64,000 nucleotides of DNA from Octopus vulgaris (taxonomy: Eukaryota): the NCBI GenBank assembly GCA_951406725.2, contig OX597818.1, forward strand, positions 76,136,001-76,200,000. Direction: 5' to 3'. Position numbers and translations under genes: made by a program. Positions within the stretch are counted from its first letter, which is position 1, and the number at the start of each line of letters is the position of its first letter. The notes below the pieces were generated by a model, which saw only the letters and a list, made by a program, of their open reading frames with translations, had not been told where the DNA came from and searched no databases. Positions 29,059 to 42,766 of the stretch are shown here, in pieces.

Positions 29059-29875
29059 GCATACACACATACACACACATAGACACACATGTATATAATG
29101 TATATGTGTGTGTTTGTGTGTATATATATATATATATATGTATATGTATAAGTATGTGCATATGTGTGTGTATATGTGTGTATATATATGTGTGTGTGCA
29201 TATATATATATGTATATGTATATACATGCATAAATACATATGTATGTATATAGGTGAATAAATATGCGTGTGTATAATTATACAAACACACACACGCACA
29301 CACACATGAAACCATAGAGAATTAGTTGTATTGTCAGATAGACATGATACGGCTTCATCTACTGTAATATCATCATATGGATCAGACATGCTCACACACA
29401 CACACATACGGACGCCACACAGACATATACACACGCACGCACGCACGCACACGCACATACACATACACATGTGGATCCAAAATCATACACATGTACATAT
29501 GCATGTGTACGTGGATATAAACATGCACATCTACTGCCATATCACCAGATGCTTTACGCACGCACACGTAAGCACAAACTAATGCGTAAATACATATGCA
29601 CATACATGCATAAATACATACATATACACATGCATGCATGCACGCAAAACATACATACATACAAATACATACATTAGTATTTGTTATATTAACATATGGA
29701 TTACACTCCCAAAAGACATATACGTACGCACATTTACACACACACACTTATATACACACTAATAGATATATAGACATGTATATATATATGTATATATATG
29801 TATATATATATGTATATATATATGTATATATATATATGTGTATGTATATATATATATATATAGGAATATATATGT

Positions 29876-30208
29876 GGAAGCACTCCGTCGGTTACGACGA
29901 CGAGGGTTCCGGTTGATCCGAATCAACGGAACAGCCTGCTCGTGAAATTAACGTGTAAGTGGCTGAGCACTCCACAGACATGTGTACCCTTAACGTAGTT
30001 CTCGGGGATATTCAGCGTGATACAGGTACAACAAAAACAGGAAGTAAGAGTGAGAGAAAGTTGTGGTGAAAGAGTACTACAGGGATCACCACCATCCCCT
30101 GCCGGAGACTCGTGGAGTTTTCAGGTGTTTTCGCTCAATAAACACTCACAACGCCCGGTCTGGGAATCGAAACCGCGATCCTAACCACTGGGCCATTGCG
30201 CCTTCAGG
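29876..30208 (-). mobile_element. tRNA-derived SINE, family 3
   Basis: Minus-strand head GGCGCAATGGCCCAGTGGTTAGG..GGTTTCGATTCCC. A related fragment lies at 48607. Confidence 0.75.
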
Positions 30209-30220
30209 AATATATATATA

Positions 30221-30805
30221 TAGGAGATAGGGGTACGTTACGCCGCAATAATATATGTATAGAAATTAAATATAAATTATAAATTACAAAGTGGGACAAG
30301 AACGCAAAAACACACAAAAAGACGACACAAAAAAAAAACAGACGGGTCACTCGAAGCCTCTAATCTTTCGTCGGGAACCGGATCAGCTTAGCAATTTCGG
30401 CTGTTTAATCTCGATATCGCTCCGATCCGGCCAGCCCCAAAGAAAAACTAAGCCACGGGCATTAGATTTCTTGGAAAGAGGATCGAATGTATACGAAACA
30501 AGGACAGGATGCCACACGAATATAAATACAAGGAACAAAAAATAGAAATAAAAAACAAGAATAGTAAACAGGACAAAATCAGCGGGTGTCTTACGACTTC
30601 AGACAATTTTTAAACTTATCTTGGCTGGCGTATTTGAAAAATGCCTTTGCAGCAGACGAAAACAACAGTGTTAACATGGTAGCGGTCGAGCCGGAAAGAC
30701 CAGTTTGAAGGCGGTCACGTGAGAGCACGGAAGAAAGAGAAAGAAAGGCAGGGGGCAAGGAATTAAAGAGAGAGAGAAAGAAAGAAAGGGACGAAGGCAC
30801 CAGGG

Positions 30806-30836
<31 letters not shown>

Positions 30837-31896
30837 AAGGAATTAAAGAGGGGAGAAGAAACAGGATTGGCTTAGCAATAGAAATGACGGTGCAAATAAG
30901 AATGGGGGAAGAATCAGAAGCAAAGAAAGAGAAAGACACAGACTATAGAGAGAGTGTGTGCAAAGACGTCGTACAAGGTGGAATGTGCATACATAGGAGA
31001 TAGGGGTACGTTACGCCGCAATAATATATGTATAGAAATTAAATATAAATTATAAATTACAAAGTGGGACAAGAACTCAAAAACACACAAAGAGACGACA
31101 CAAAAAAAACAGACGGGTCACTCGTAGCCTCTAATCTTCAGTCGGGAACCGGATCATCTTAGCAATTTCGGCTGTTTAATCTCGATATCGCTCCGATCCG
31201 GCCACACCTTGTACGACGTCTTTACACACACTCTCTCTATAGTCTGTGTCTTTCTCTTTCTTTGCCTCTGATTCTTCCCCCATTCTTATTTGCACCGTCA
31301 CTTCTATTGTTAAGCCAATCCTGTTTCTTCTCTCCTCTTTAATTCCTTCCTTCTCTCTCTCTCTCTCTCTCTCCCCTGGTGCCTTCGTCCCTTTCTTTCT
31401 TTCTATCTCTCTTTGATTCCTTGCCCCCTGCCTTTCTTTCTCTTTCTTCCGTGCTCTCACGTGACCGCCTTCAAACTGGTCTTTCCGGTTCGACCGCTAC
31501 CATGTTAACACTGTTGTTTTCGTCTGCCGCAAAGGCATTTTTCAAATACGCCAGCCAAGATAAGTTAAAAATTGTCTGAAATCGTAAGACACCCGCTGAT
31601 TTTGTCCTGTTTACTATTCTTGTTTTTTATTTCTATTTTTTGTTTCTTGTATTTATATTCGTGTGGCATCCTGTCCTTGTTTCGTATACATTCGATCCTC
31701 TTTCCAAGTTTTTCTTTGGGGCTGGCCGGATCGGAGCGATATCGAGATTAAACAGCCGAAATTGCTAAGATGATCCCGTTCCCGACTGAAGATTAGAGGC
31801 TTCGAGTGACCCGTCTGTTTTTTTGTGTCGTCGCTTTGTGTATTTTTGCGTTCTTGTCCCACTTTGTAATTTATAATTTATATTTAATTTCTATAC
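30221..31896. mobile_element. Non-coding PLE-like repeat: full unit, partial tandem copy and inverted copy
   Basis: Unit 30221-30980, partial direct repeat 30994-31204 and inverted copy 31206-31896, all highly similar. Confidence 0.75.
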
Positions 31897-31897
31897 C

Positions 31898-31973
<76 letters not shown>

Positions 31974-32146
31974 GGGAGACGTAAAGTATACTAGCCATCT
32001 CAATATGGCTAACCACTAAGGGTGGGTGTTTACTGTAGCTTTTAGCCCCAGGAGATCATCGTCTCCAGCTGGCTTTAGGCACACTTTCTGTGCTCTTATG
32101 GTATTTGCAAAGGGAGGTCATCCCTCTCTCGCAAACCTAAGTGATA

Positions 32147-32191
32147 CGCACGGACTGCAGTTTCGAGGTATTTGCCTCTTGTCAACGTACG
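32147..32191 (-). ncRNA. Second copy of the U3-A8 hammerhead, in the left arm
   Basis: Exact reverse complement of 32287-32331. Confidence 0.7.
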
Positions 32192-32286
32192 GTAATACCG
32201 GTTTACGATGAAAGGAAGACCTGTTTGCAAATACTTACGGGTTTTTCTACTAACTTCCGTCACTGATTTCAAAAACCGGTGATTAC

Positions 32287-32331
32287 CGTACGTTGACAAG
32301 AGGCAAATACCTCGAAACTGCAGTCCGTGCG
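32287..32331 (+). ncRNA. Minimal type I hammerhead ribozyme, U3-A8 core variant
   Basis: CGTACG-TTGACAA-GAGG-caaata-CCTC-GAAAC-tgca-GTC-CGTGCG. Stems I, II and a palindromic stem III can all form. Confidence 0.7.
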
Positions 32332-32549
32332 TATCACTTAGGTTTGCAAGAGAGGGATGACCTCCCTTTGCAAATACCATAAGGGCACAGAAAGTGTGCC
32401 TAAAGCCAGCTGGAGACAATGATCTCCTGGGGCTAAAAGCTACAGTAACACCCATCCTTAGTGGTTAGCCATATTGAGGTGGCTTGTATACTTTACGTTG
32501 TCGAGCAGTTATTGTTTATATCTCGTTCAGAGATTTCTTATTGCTTATA

Positions 32550-32749
32550 TAGGGAGAGTTTACGAAAAAAAACAACAAAAGACGAAGACAGGTGGTGTAC
32601 AAAACAAACAGATGTATTAGTATAACACTCAGGAATATAAAAAGGTCTTTACGTTTCGAGCCTACGCTCTTCTACAGAAAGGGACACAGAAAAAACAAGG
32701 AGAGAAAAAAGGAGAGAAAAATGTGTAGGGGCTAACGATCTATCATGGC

Positions 32750-32752
<3 letters not shown>
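32550..32752 (-). mobile_element. PLE terminal-repeat relic with a degenerate HHR
   Basis: The minus strand has CTGTAGA-A-GAGC-gtag-GCTC-GAAAC-GTA at 32648-32680. Confidence 0.5.
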
Positions 32753-32804
<52 letters not shown>

Positions 32805-35196
32805 TATTAGAGAAAAACTAAACAAACAAGAAAGACTATCATAAATTTTAATAAATAGTCTTTGACTATTTATAAAATTTATATAAAATATAATAATATT
32901 TTATAATATTTTACTATAAAATTGGATTTAATCCTAAATTGATTTTTTCCCTGTAATTTTGGATTTATTCCCTAATATTTATTATTTATATATATATATA
33001 TATATATATACATACATACATATACACATACAAACACACAGACACATATATGTATAATACATAAATACAGCACATATATGCATACAAATATTCCTGTGCA
33101 TACACATGTAAATGTACAAAGACACTTATGCATATTCACATATACATACATGCACACATATTCGTGTTTGGATATGTATAGGCATACGCATTATCTGTAA
33201 TAGGCATACACATTATCAAAAATATTCATAGACATAAATACATAAATACATAAACACACACACACACACTGCCTGTATACTACCCACGCACATCCTATAA
33301 GCTGCACACGCACGCAAGCATGTGCTCACACACAAATATACAGCGTCAAACATAAATATAGATATATAATATATACACACATTACGCATGCACACACACA
33401 CACGTGCTCAGACACAAATATGCATTTGCAGTATACACTCACACTACGCACGCGCACGCACACACACGTGATTACATGAACAGCATGCATATACGCATAA
33501 CAACTTTTCACACAATGATTTTAACAGAAACATATTCATATACATATACATATATTCATGTGTGTCCGCATATATGTATATGAATGTATGTTTGTTTGCG
33601 CGTGTGTATGTATATGCACGCGCTCGTGTGTCCTTTTGCGTGCGTGTTTCTCTGTGTGTGTGTGTGCGTGTGTAATTTGTGTGTATTAATGTTTGTTTTA
33701 TGTCAAGTTATATGTAAAAACAATTCAATATTAAATTGAAGGGTTACTCGATACTTTAAGTAAAACATATGTTTATTAAAGTTTTAGAAAGAAAAGGTTG
33801 TCAGTGATTTCGAAGTTTCGGCTTGCTCGCCTTTATTAGCTTTTATTTTACTCGAGTTCTTTGTGGTCTTATATAACATTTGACAGTTTGCTTATTTGTG
33901 AGGTAAGTGCAGTTATGTCACCAACTGAATTTGACACATCTGTATGTACATTTACTTCCACGCGAGACTGTAACATAAACAATAACAAAATTCCTGTATC
34001 AAACCAGAATAAATCTCATCAGCCTATCTTTATATGAATCCACATCTTACAAACACATACTTTCCTTCTTTCCTTTTCAATCTCCTTTTCTACATAACTA
34101 CTTACCTGATCTACTTACACGACACCCAATTATTAGTCATATAGATTTACCTACAATACAAAACAAAAAGAAACAAATTAAAGAGCAGTCTGACGAAGGC
34201 AACCAAACCAAATCTTTGAAATCACAGTAAGACATAATATAAATGTTACACCCACCTCCACACATTCATAACTTTAAAATATATTTACCCTCATTCATCC
34301 ACATCAGTTCGTAATTCAAGGTACTGAAATATTTTGCAAAATAGTTAGAGAGAAATAAGAAGTCAGGCTTCTTCATTCACAATTTAACATGCTTCTAACT
34401 TACTGTTGAAGGTAAATATATTTTAAAGTTATGAATATTTTTTCATAAAATATGGAATATACAGCTAAAGATTGCAAATATACCAAATTTAAATAACATT
34501 AATTTTAAAAATTAATTTATTTAGTTTGTGCATTAAACATGAAAGTAGTTCTGTATTAACCACCGTAATTTTAAAATAAACTTCATTCATCTCGCTCGCA
34601 TTCTACAATCATTTCGTATCAAGGTAAATTATCGATGTTTTATTTAAACATTGATAATTCAACACGCAAGGAAGATAAGGTTTTTAAATGCTCTTCTTCC
34701 TCTCTCTATGTTTATATATATATATACATAATTTGTCGGCCCAACGTCAAGATAGAAGCATGTTGAATTGTGAACGAAGATGCATGACTTTTTATTTCTC
34801 TCTGCCCATTTTGCAAAAAAAAAACAAAAAGAAGACAATTTGATTTTTGGATCTTCTATATATATATATATGAAAAATTTCCTCAGTCTGGCTATTTTTC
34901 TCTCTACAAAACGGAAAGTTGCATTGTGGAACAGTCGTTTTAACGAGATTTGTTTTATTTATTTATCACCCGACGAGATACGTCTGCACTACCGGATACT
35001 CCTGAACCAGTTTTTGTGTTTCGCACAAGAAGAGTCGATGCTAGATGTGTCGAAACAATTGTTGTGATTTATAATATATTCTCGTATATTCCATCTTCTG
35101 TTTTTCATTTGTTATTTACCTAACGATCACTCTGAAAGTGACCATGCTTTACCAGTAAGATACCAGCCAGGTGTAAACCATTCGTTTTATTATCCA

Positions 35197-35291
<95 letters not shown>

Positions 35292-35339
35292 GTAGAGTCA
35301 ACAGAAAAAAGTACTCCATCGAGTGAAAGATAAATATCA

Positions 35340-35520
35340 ATTTAATACATAACCGAAAGAGCTATTAATAGTTTCATGCTTTTATGATACTTGAACATGC
35401 ATATTTATTAGATACGCCATGTATCTCAAAGCAATCTTTGAGGTGTATTTTATAAATGTGCCTGTTCAAGTATCATAAAAGCATGAAACTATTAATAGCT
35501 CTTTCGGTTGTGTATTAAAT
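35340..35520. repeat. Inverted repeat with ~68-bp arms
   Basis: 35340-35407 pairs with 35453-35520. Confidence 0.85.
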
Positions 35521-35521
35521 A

Positions 35522-35573
<52 letters not shown>

Positions 35574-35584
35574 GATAGATAGAT

Positions 35585-35630
<46 letters not shown>

Positions 35631-35700
35631 GGATAGATAGATACAAACATACATACATAAATGCATACATACATTCTTATGTGTATGTGTGTCTATGTGT

Positions 35701-35747
<47 letters not shown>

Positions 35748-36375
35748 GTATATATAGTGTATATATACACACTCACACACATATATTTTGAGTCTATAGT
35801 GGAAAAGAAGCTCCCTCTCTTGGTGTTTCATATCTCAAAAATAAAATTTAAAAAATATGCAAGGGAGACAACCCCAATAAAGTTAGAATTTACTATAATT
35901 CATATAAATGTATCATTGAAGGCGTGTATATATATATAGCCGTTTAAACGAGCAATAATAGCGGCCAAATCTCCCACGAAGCACAGCAAACGATTTAGGA
36001 AATGGAACGAGGTATTCGACAATATAGCCCTTTAGTCCTAGATACACTGTGTTTCAATAGAAAAAGAAGCTGGTCATGGTCTCAGTATATCTTTGGTTAC
36101 ATGTCTGATGAATCAGAGCTGACCTAGAGCAAAGCAACAACTGAGGTGGCAGGTAGGTGGTAGTGGAGATGGTGGTATTGGGGATAGTATTTATAGTAAG
36201 GTTGTGGATGGAAGTAGTGGTGACGGTGATAATGATGGTGGTTACATGATGTTGGTGGTGATGGCGTTGGTAGTGGTTGTAATTACGGTGATTATGATGA
36301 TGATGATGATGGAAGCGTTAGTGGCGGTGTGATGTGTGGTTGTTAACAGATTAGTAAAATTTAACCAAATATGAG

Positions 36376-37005
36376 ATCATGATCATCATCATCGGCTGTA
36401 GCGGCTGTAGTAGCAGTAGCGGCGGTAGTAATAGCACCGACGTCATCGTCATCATCATCTCCATCATCACTTTCAAAACTACCATCATGATCATCGTCAT
36501 CATCATCATCACCCTCATGGCCGCCGCCACCACCACTATCAGCGGCAAGATGGTGATGACGACGATGATGATGATAATGATGATAATAATGATGATGAGG
36601 ATGATGATGATGGTGATGATGATGATGGTGATCATCATCGACTTCGTCGTCATCATCACCACTATCATTATCATTGTCAAATCATCATCATCAACATTAC
36701 CATCATGATCATGAACATCATCAACATCATCAACATCATCATCATCATCATCACCATCATCACCATCATCATAACCCTCATGGCTGCCGCCACCACCACC
36801 ATCAGCATCAAAATGATGATGATGATGATGGTGGTGGTGATCATCATCGACGTCGTCTTCATCATCACCACCATCATTATCATTGTCAAATCATCATCAT
36901 CATCATTACCATCATCATCATTACCATCATCTTCACCATCATCATCATTGTCATCTTCATAATCTTTAGAATTATCATCATCGCCACCGCCGCCACCGTC
37001 GTTAA

Positions 37006-37046
<41 letters not shown>

Positions 37047-37062
37047 CCATCATCATCATCAG
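36376..37062. repeat. (CAT)n/(ATG)n low-complexity region containing a duplicated unit
   Basis: The unit ACCCTCATGGCNGCCGCCACC..TTGTCAAATCATC occurs twice. Confidence 0.85.
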
Positions 37063-37615
37063 TGGACAAATTAGATAGAGGTGAACTGAACTACAAATAA
37101 TAATAGAAAAAGAGCGACTAAACTGCTGTTGTTGGAACACGTCATCAATTAGACAGGATCAAATCGATCGATATTTCAATCGATATTTAAACTGGAGCTA
37201 ACATCCCAGAAAATATCTCAGTATATTGCTGCAGAAGGGAAATGAAGATCAAATGTTTGTGAAGAATTTGCGATGTGTGTATTTTTAACAGGCAACAGGA
37301 TGCGGTTTCAAGTTCGGCTCTCTCGTGACACAATCATCACCTCTTACAGCGCAAAACATCAGCTATTTATGTATATCTTTTATAAAAAGATTTCTAAATT
37401 TGATTATGAAGTATAAATGCTATTCGAAATTGTGTGACAATCATGTGAATAAATCACATGTTTTGGTGGGTCTTTGTCTCGGTCTATAGAATTCGCGGGC
37501 AGACACATATGTATGTACAAACACACACACTCATCCACACACACGCATACATACACACACACAGGCACATGAATGACATGCATACTTACACCCACATACA
37601 TATATATACACGTTG

Positions 37616-38058
<443 letters not shown>

Positions 38059-38120
38059 GTGTGTGTGCATATTAGTTTCATTTCTATTAGTTTCACCATG
38101 TATTTATATACGTTTGTATA

Positions 38121-38164
<44 letters not shown>

Positions 38165-38165
<1 letters not shown>

Positions 38166-41100
38166 GTCAGGTCGCTCTAGAGTGCTACTGGTAACATGTA
38201 ATCCAGTACAACCTGTTGCATGGTCGGGACGTCGGCGACTAAACTGACAACCCCACCAGGTTCGCTTGGTGAGGAGGGTGCTGTTGGACTCCCTGTGGGA
38301 TGGAAAAATAAGACCCAACAAAGGGCGGATGAACTCCCGAAGAGTCAACGGCCATCCAACAAAATACCGGCCTGCCCGCCCAGCCAGTGGGATGGCGTCA
38401 TCTTATGGCTAAAACAGCACGAAGAAAGAAGAGAAAAGGAAAAGGGCCTCAGTACCCTGCACGTCAATCGGGCCACTCCATGACGGCGGAGTGCAATTCG
38501 AGCGACGAGAAGCTGCTAAGAATCACAGGTTCCCGAAAGCCGTCATGGAACAGGAGTAAACTTGCCATATGCACCTACAACTGCAGGTCTATGGCAGGAT
38601 GGCAAGAACTGAACCACCTAATGGAGGAGAGGAAGAAGATCAGGTGGGACGTGTTAGGGCTGTGCGAGACACGCTGGAAGAAGGAAGCGAGTATACGATG
38701 GCAAGATGGATGCATTGTGAGATTAGGAAAAGCAGAAGGTGCTAGATCGGTCGGAGGTATCGGATTCATCGTAAGTAAGGAATGGGCTTCGAAGGTCGCT
38801 TCTTGCCACTTCATATCATCACGGATGTGAACCTCTCAGGGAAGGCCACCCTCAAGATTATCCAGACCTATGCTCCCACAAGTGCCAGCGACGACGATGA
38901 GGTGGAAGAATTCTATCGACAACTCGACAAAGGGTTGGCTATGAAGTCCACTTACACTGTCGTGATGGGAAACTTCAACGCAAAGGTTGGACATGGACGA
39001 CAAGGAGAGGAATACGTCGGGAGATTTGGCATGGGAGAGAGAAACGAGAGAGGGGAACGTTTGGCTACCATGGCAGAGGCGAGGCAGCTCTACATCGGAA
39101 ACAGCCTATTCAGGAAGAGGGAGAGGAAGAGATGGACTTGAATATCGCCGAACTCTAAGCACCGAAGCGAGATCGACTACATCCTGGTTGATAAGCGACG
39201 CATATTGCATGACGTCTCCGTCGTGACGCCATTCAACGCCGGCAGCGATCATCGTCTGGTAAGGGCGAGGGTCGTCATCGACGAGAAGAGGGAGAAGATG
39301 GCGTTATATTTGGCGTCGAAGGGAAAACGTGTCCGAGTCTACAACGAGGCAAAGCTGCAGGAAGCCATCATGCAGGAAGACTGGTGCCAAGGAGACGATA
39401 TAGACGATGACTACAACTCACTGATAGGGAAACTGAAGGAGTGTTTAAGGAAGGCTAAGGGTGTATGCCCAAGAGAAAACAAGGGAAGAATCTCGGAAGA
39501 AACTACGAAGTTACTCGAGAAGAGGAAAAATATGAAGAGGACTATTGAAGATCACCTTGAATATTCCATTCTCAGCAGAGTGATTCGTCAGCAACTAAAG
39601 AAAGACTTTGAGGCATACCGGATGGAGAAGCTCTTGAAGGCCGCAGAGAAAAAGAAGAGCCTCAAGAAATGCAAGCGGGACATGGTACTATATAGATCGG
39701 AGGTGATGGCCCTGAAAAATACAGATGGAATACCGGTCAACGAGAAGAGCGAGATGGAAAAAAGTTTGTGAAGACTTCTACACCAAGCTCTTTAAGTCTA
39801 CCAGAAATGTCCAGCCGTTACCACCACTCCAACAGGAAGAAAACGTGCCACCTATCCTTGTCAGTGAGGTTGAAAGAGCCATCGGCTCGATGAAAAACGG
39901 AAAGGCTCCAGGGAAAGACGGTATAACATCGGAGGTGCTAAAGTCAGGCAGAGAGCAGCTCTGGAAAATCCTCGCTGAGCGATTTACGCACTATCTAGAC
40001 GAGGGAAGAATTCCCTCGCAATGGAAAGAGTCAAATACCATAAGAAGGGCGACAGAGAAGATCTAAAGAACTACCGACCCATATGCCTGCTATCTCACGT
40101 GTACAAGCTGTTCACGAAGATAATTCTGAACAGGTTGTCACGTCGTCTCGACGAACAACAACCGAGGGAGCAATCAGGCTTCCGGAAGAAACTACAGCAC
40201 AATGGACCATATATTTGCTCTAACGCAACGGATTGAGCGAGCAAATGAGTACAAGCTGCCTCTTTGCGTTGCGTTTATAGATTATGAGAAGGCCTTTGAT
40301 TGCGTCGAAACCAACGCAGTGCTGAACTCGCTGCAGAGGCAAGGAATCGAAGCGCAATATGTGCAGCTGCTCAGAGAGGCAAATTCCGGATGCACCACCG
40401 ACATAGCTCTACTATCATCACCCATACGAGTGCCGGTCGAGAAGGGAGTGAAGCAAGGAGATACAATCTCCCCAAAACTTTTCACTGCATGTCTCGAACA
40501 GATCATCAGAGGCATCGAATGGCAAGGTGGTGTCAACATCAATGGCGAGCTCCTCACTCACCTTCCGTTTCGCTGACGACATCGTACTCATCGCTGAAAA
40601 CATGGATCAGCTTCAGACCATGCTGACGGAGCTCGACATCAAAAGTTCTGCAGTAGGTCTCAAGATGAATCCGCATGAAAACAAAGTTCATGCGGTCAGA
40701 CAAAGTACCAACAGGTCGAATGGTGATTGTCAGTGATGAAATAGAGGAGGTGAGAGAATATGTCTACCTGGGACAGGAAGTAAATATATGCCGGATATCA
40801 AAGAGGAGAGCTCACGGATGGAAGGCGTTCAATGGCATGAGGGATGAGCTCAAGGGAAGGTTGGACAGGACCACCCGCGCCAACCTCATTAACAGTACAG
40901 TTCTGCCTGCAATGTTATATGGTAGTGAAACATGGGCTACCACAAAGAGAGAAGAGCAAAGATTGATAACGGCCCAAAGAGCCATGGAAAGGTCAAAGCT
41001 TGGTATCTCGTTGAGAGAGCACATAAATAGCAACATCATCAGAAAGAAGTCCGGCGTGAGAGATGTCATCGCAGAGTATACTCGCAGCAAGTATAGATGG

Positions 41101-41343
41101 GCTAGACACGTTGCCCGGCTCACCGATAATCGGTGGACGCTCGCAGTTGTCGAGTGGTACCCGCGTGAGCGGAAAACACCACCCAGAAGACCTCCACGAC
41201 GGTGGAGTACGATTTCAAGAGGACGATTGGGATCACGTGGATGAGAAAGGCGCGATCCAGAGAGGAGTGGACAGCGTGCTGTGACCAGCGGTGTCAAATT
41301 GACGCCTGACGGACTGGTCGGTCAAAGTGATCAAGTGAAGTGA
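38165..41343 (+). mobile_element. Near full-length RTE-clade LINE (APE endonuclease + RT), frameshifted
   Basis: APE motifs TYNCRS, LGLCETR, QTYAPT, GNFNAKVG, EIDYIL and SDHRLV. RT motifs [30 protein letters not shown] and FADD. C-terminal WARHVAR..RPPRRW. AAGTG-like tail; inserted in (TA)n. Confidence 0.95.
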
Positions 41344-42735
41344 TATATATATATATATATTTAAAAAAGGAGATGTGGAACACGAGTTGTGATATATAAA
41401 AAAAGGAAATGAAGAAAATGCTGACAAAATAATTTAAGTAAGGGAGAGTGTATCTAAGTAGGTGAAAGTTCTTTTTTTAAACAAAAAAGAGAAAAATTGG
41501 GTTAGAATACAATGTTCATTTTTTGTGAATGATTTCAGTGTATAAGTAAAAATGTAAGAGTCTTTTACAGTGTTCTGTTTCAGAATAAGATATTTAGTAA
41601 AAGCGTGTAATATACAGTTTTTTGTGGAAAAGTTCAATGTCAGATTTCAGTGTAGAATAAAAAAGAAAGAGTTTACCGGTTGCGCATTTGTTATGCTTAT
41701 CAAAAGATATTTTGAGTGAGATAGAGTTCCTTTCTGATTGATTTTTTTCTCTTATCTGACTTTATGTTGGGTTTGCTGTCTCTTATATGTGAAAAAAGAG
41801 GCTCCAGAGTTGTTTAAGATTTGCTTGGTTTCGCGCCTAAAATTCTTGTGGACAATGGTCAATACAATTTTGATTGGTCATTATAAAGGGGTCACGTGAA
41901 TGTTTGAATGGAAGTTGGTGTTGGGGTAAGAAAATAGGCTCCAGAGATGTTAAAATTTGGCTGGTATCGCGCCTAAAATTTCTTATTGGTCATAATAAAG
42001 AGGTCACGTGAATGTGGTCATAATAGAGAGGTCACGTGAATGTTTAGAATGAATGTTGGTGTGGGTGGTGGGTGCGGTTTTCGAAAATAGCGTTGTTGAA
42101 AATTCTTATTGTTCAGGCTGGTCAGTAGACGTCATGTGGATATTTTGAATAGCTTTTTAGCGCGTAGTTCAAAGGAGTGTATTTTCCGATTGACTGAATT
42201 TGAGCTGGAAAAGTAAGTTCGTTTAGGACAGGAAGAGCTACATGTATGTGTGTGCGCGCGCGCGCGTGTGTGTGTGTCTGTGTGTGTGTGTGTTTATATG
42301 TATGTTGGGGCGCGCGCGCGTGTATATATGTGTGCGTGTGTGGGTACAATTTTCAATATTTATAGTACTGCTGGCCTTGTGCCTGTATCGGGAAGCAACG
42401 TGTTTGTGTGAAGTCAATATTTACAGTCATTTCAAAAAAATAGTGTTGGATGTTTTGCACCCGTATCAAATTATGTGTATGTGTGGACCATATGTTTGCG
42501 TGTGTCATGGTGTTAATATCTGGGTAAAAGTGTGTGTAGGGTGTGTGCAGGTGTAAGTGTGTTTGTGGTGGGTTCGTGTTATGGGGATGTGTTTAGAAGT
42601 GGTAAATATTGACTTCAAACAAACACGTTGCTTCCCGATACAGGCACAAGGCCAGCAGAACTATAAATATTGAAAATTGTACCCACACACGCACACATAT
42701 ATACACGCGCGCGCCCCAACATACATATAAACACA

Positions 42736-42766
<31 letters not shown>

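Larger units (their letters stand above)
31979..32498. repeat. Fold-back inverted repeat (~226-bp arms, ~68-bp spacer)
   Basis: 31979-32204 is the near-perfect reverse complement of 32273-32498. Confidence 0.95.

Noticed and set aside
30150-30208. tRNA gene
   Set aside because: It is a SINE head with the anticodon arm missing and no full cloverleaf.
36351-37140. His/Asp/Met-rich ORFs
   Set aside because: They come from (CAT)n repeats open in several frames, with no sign of coding constraint.
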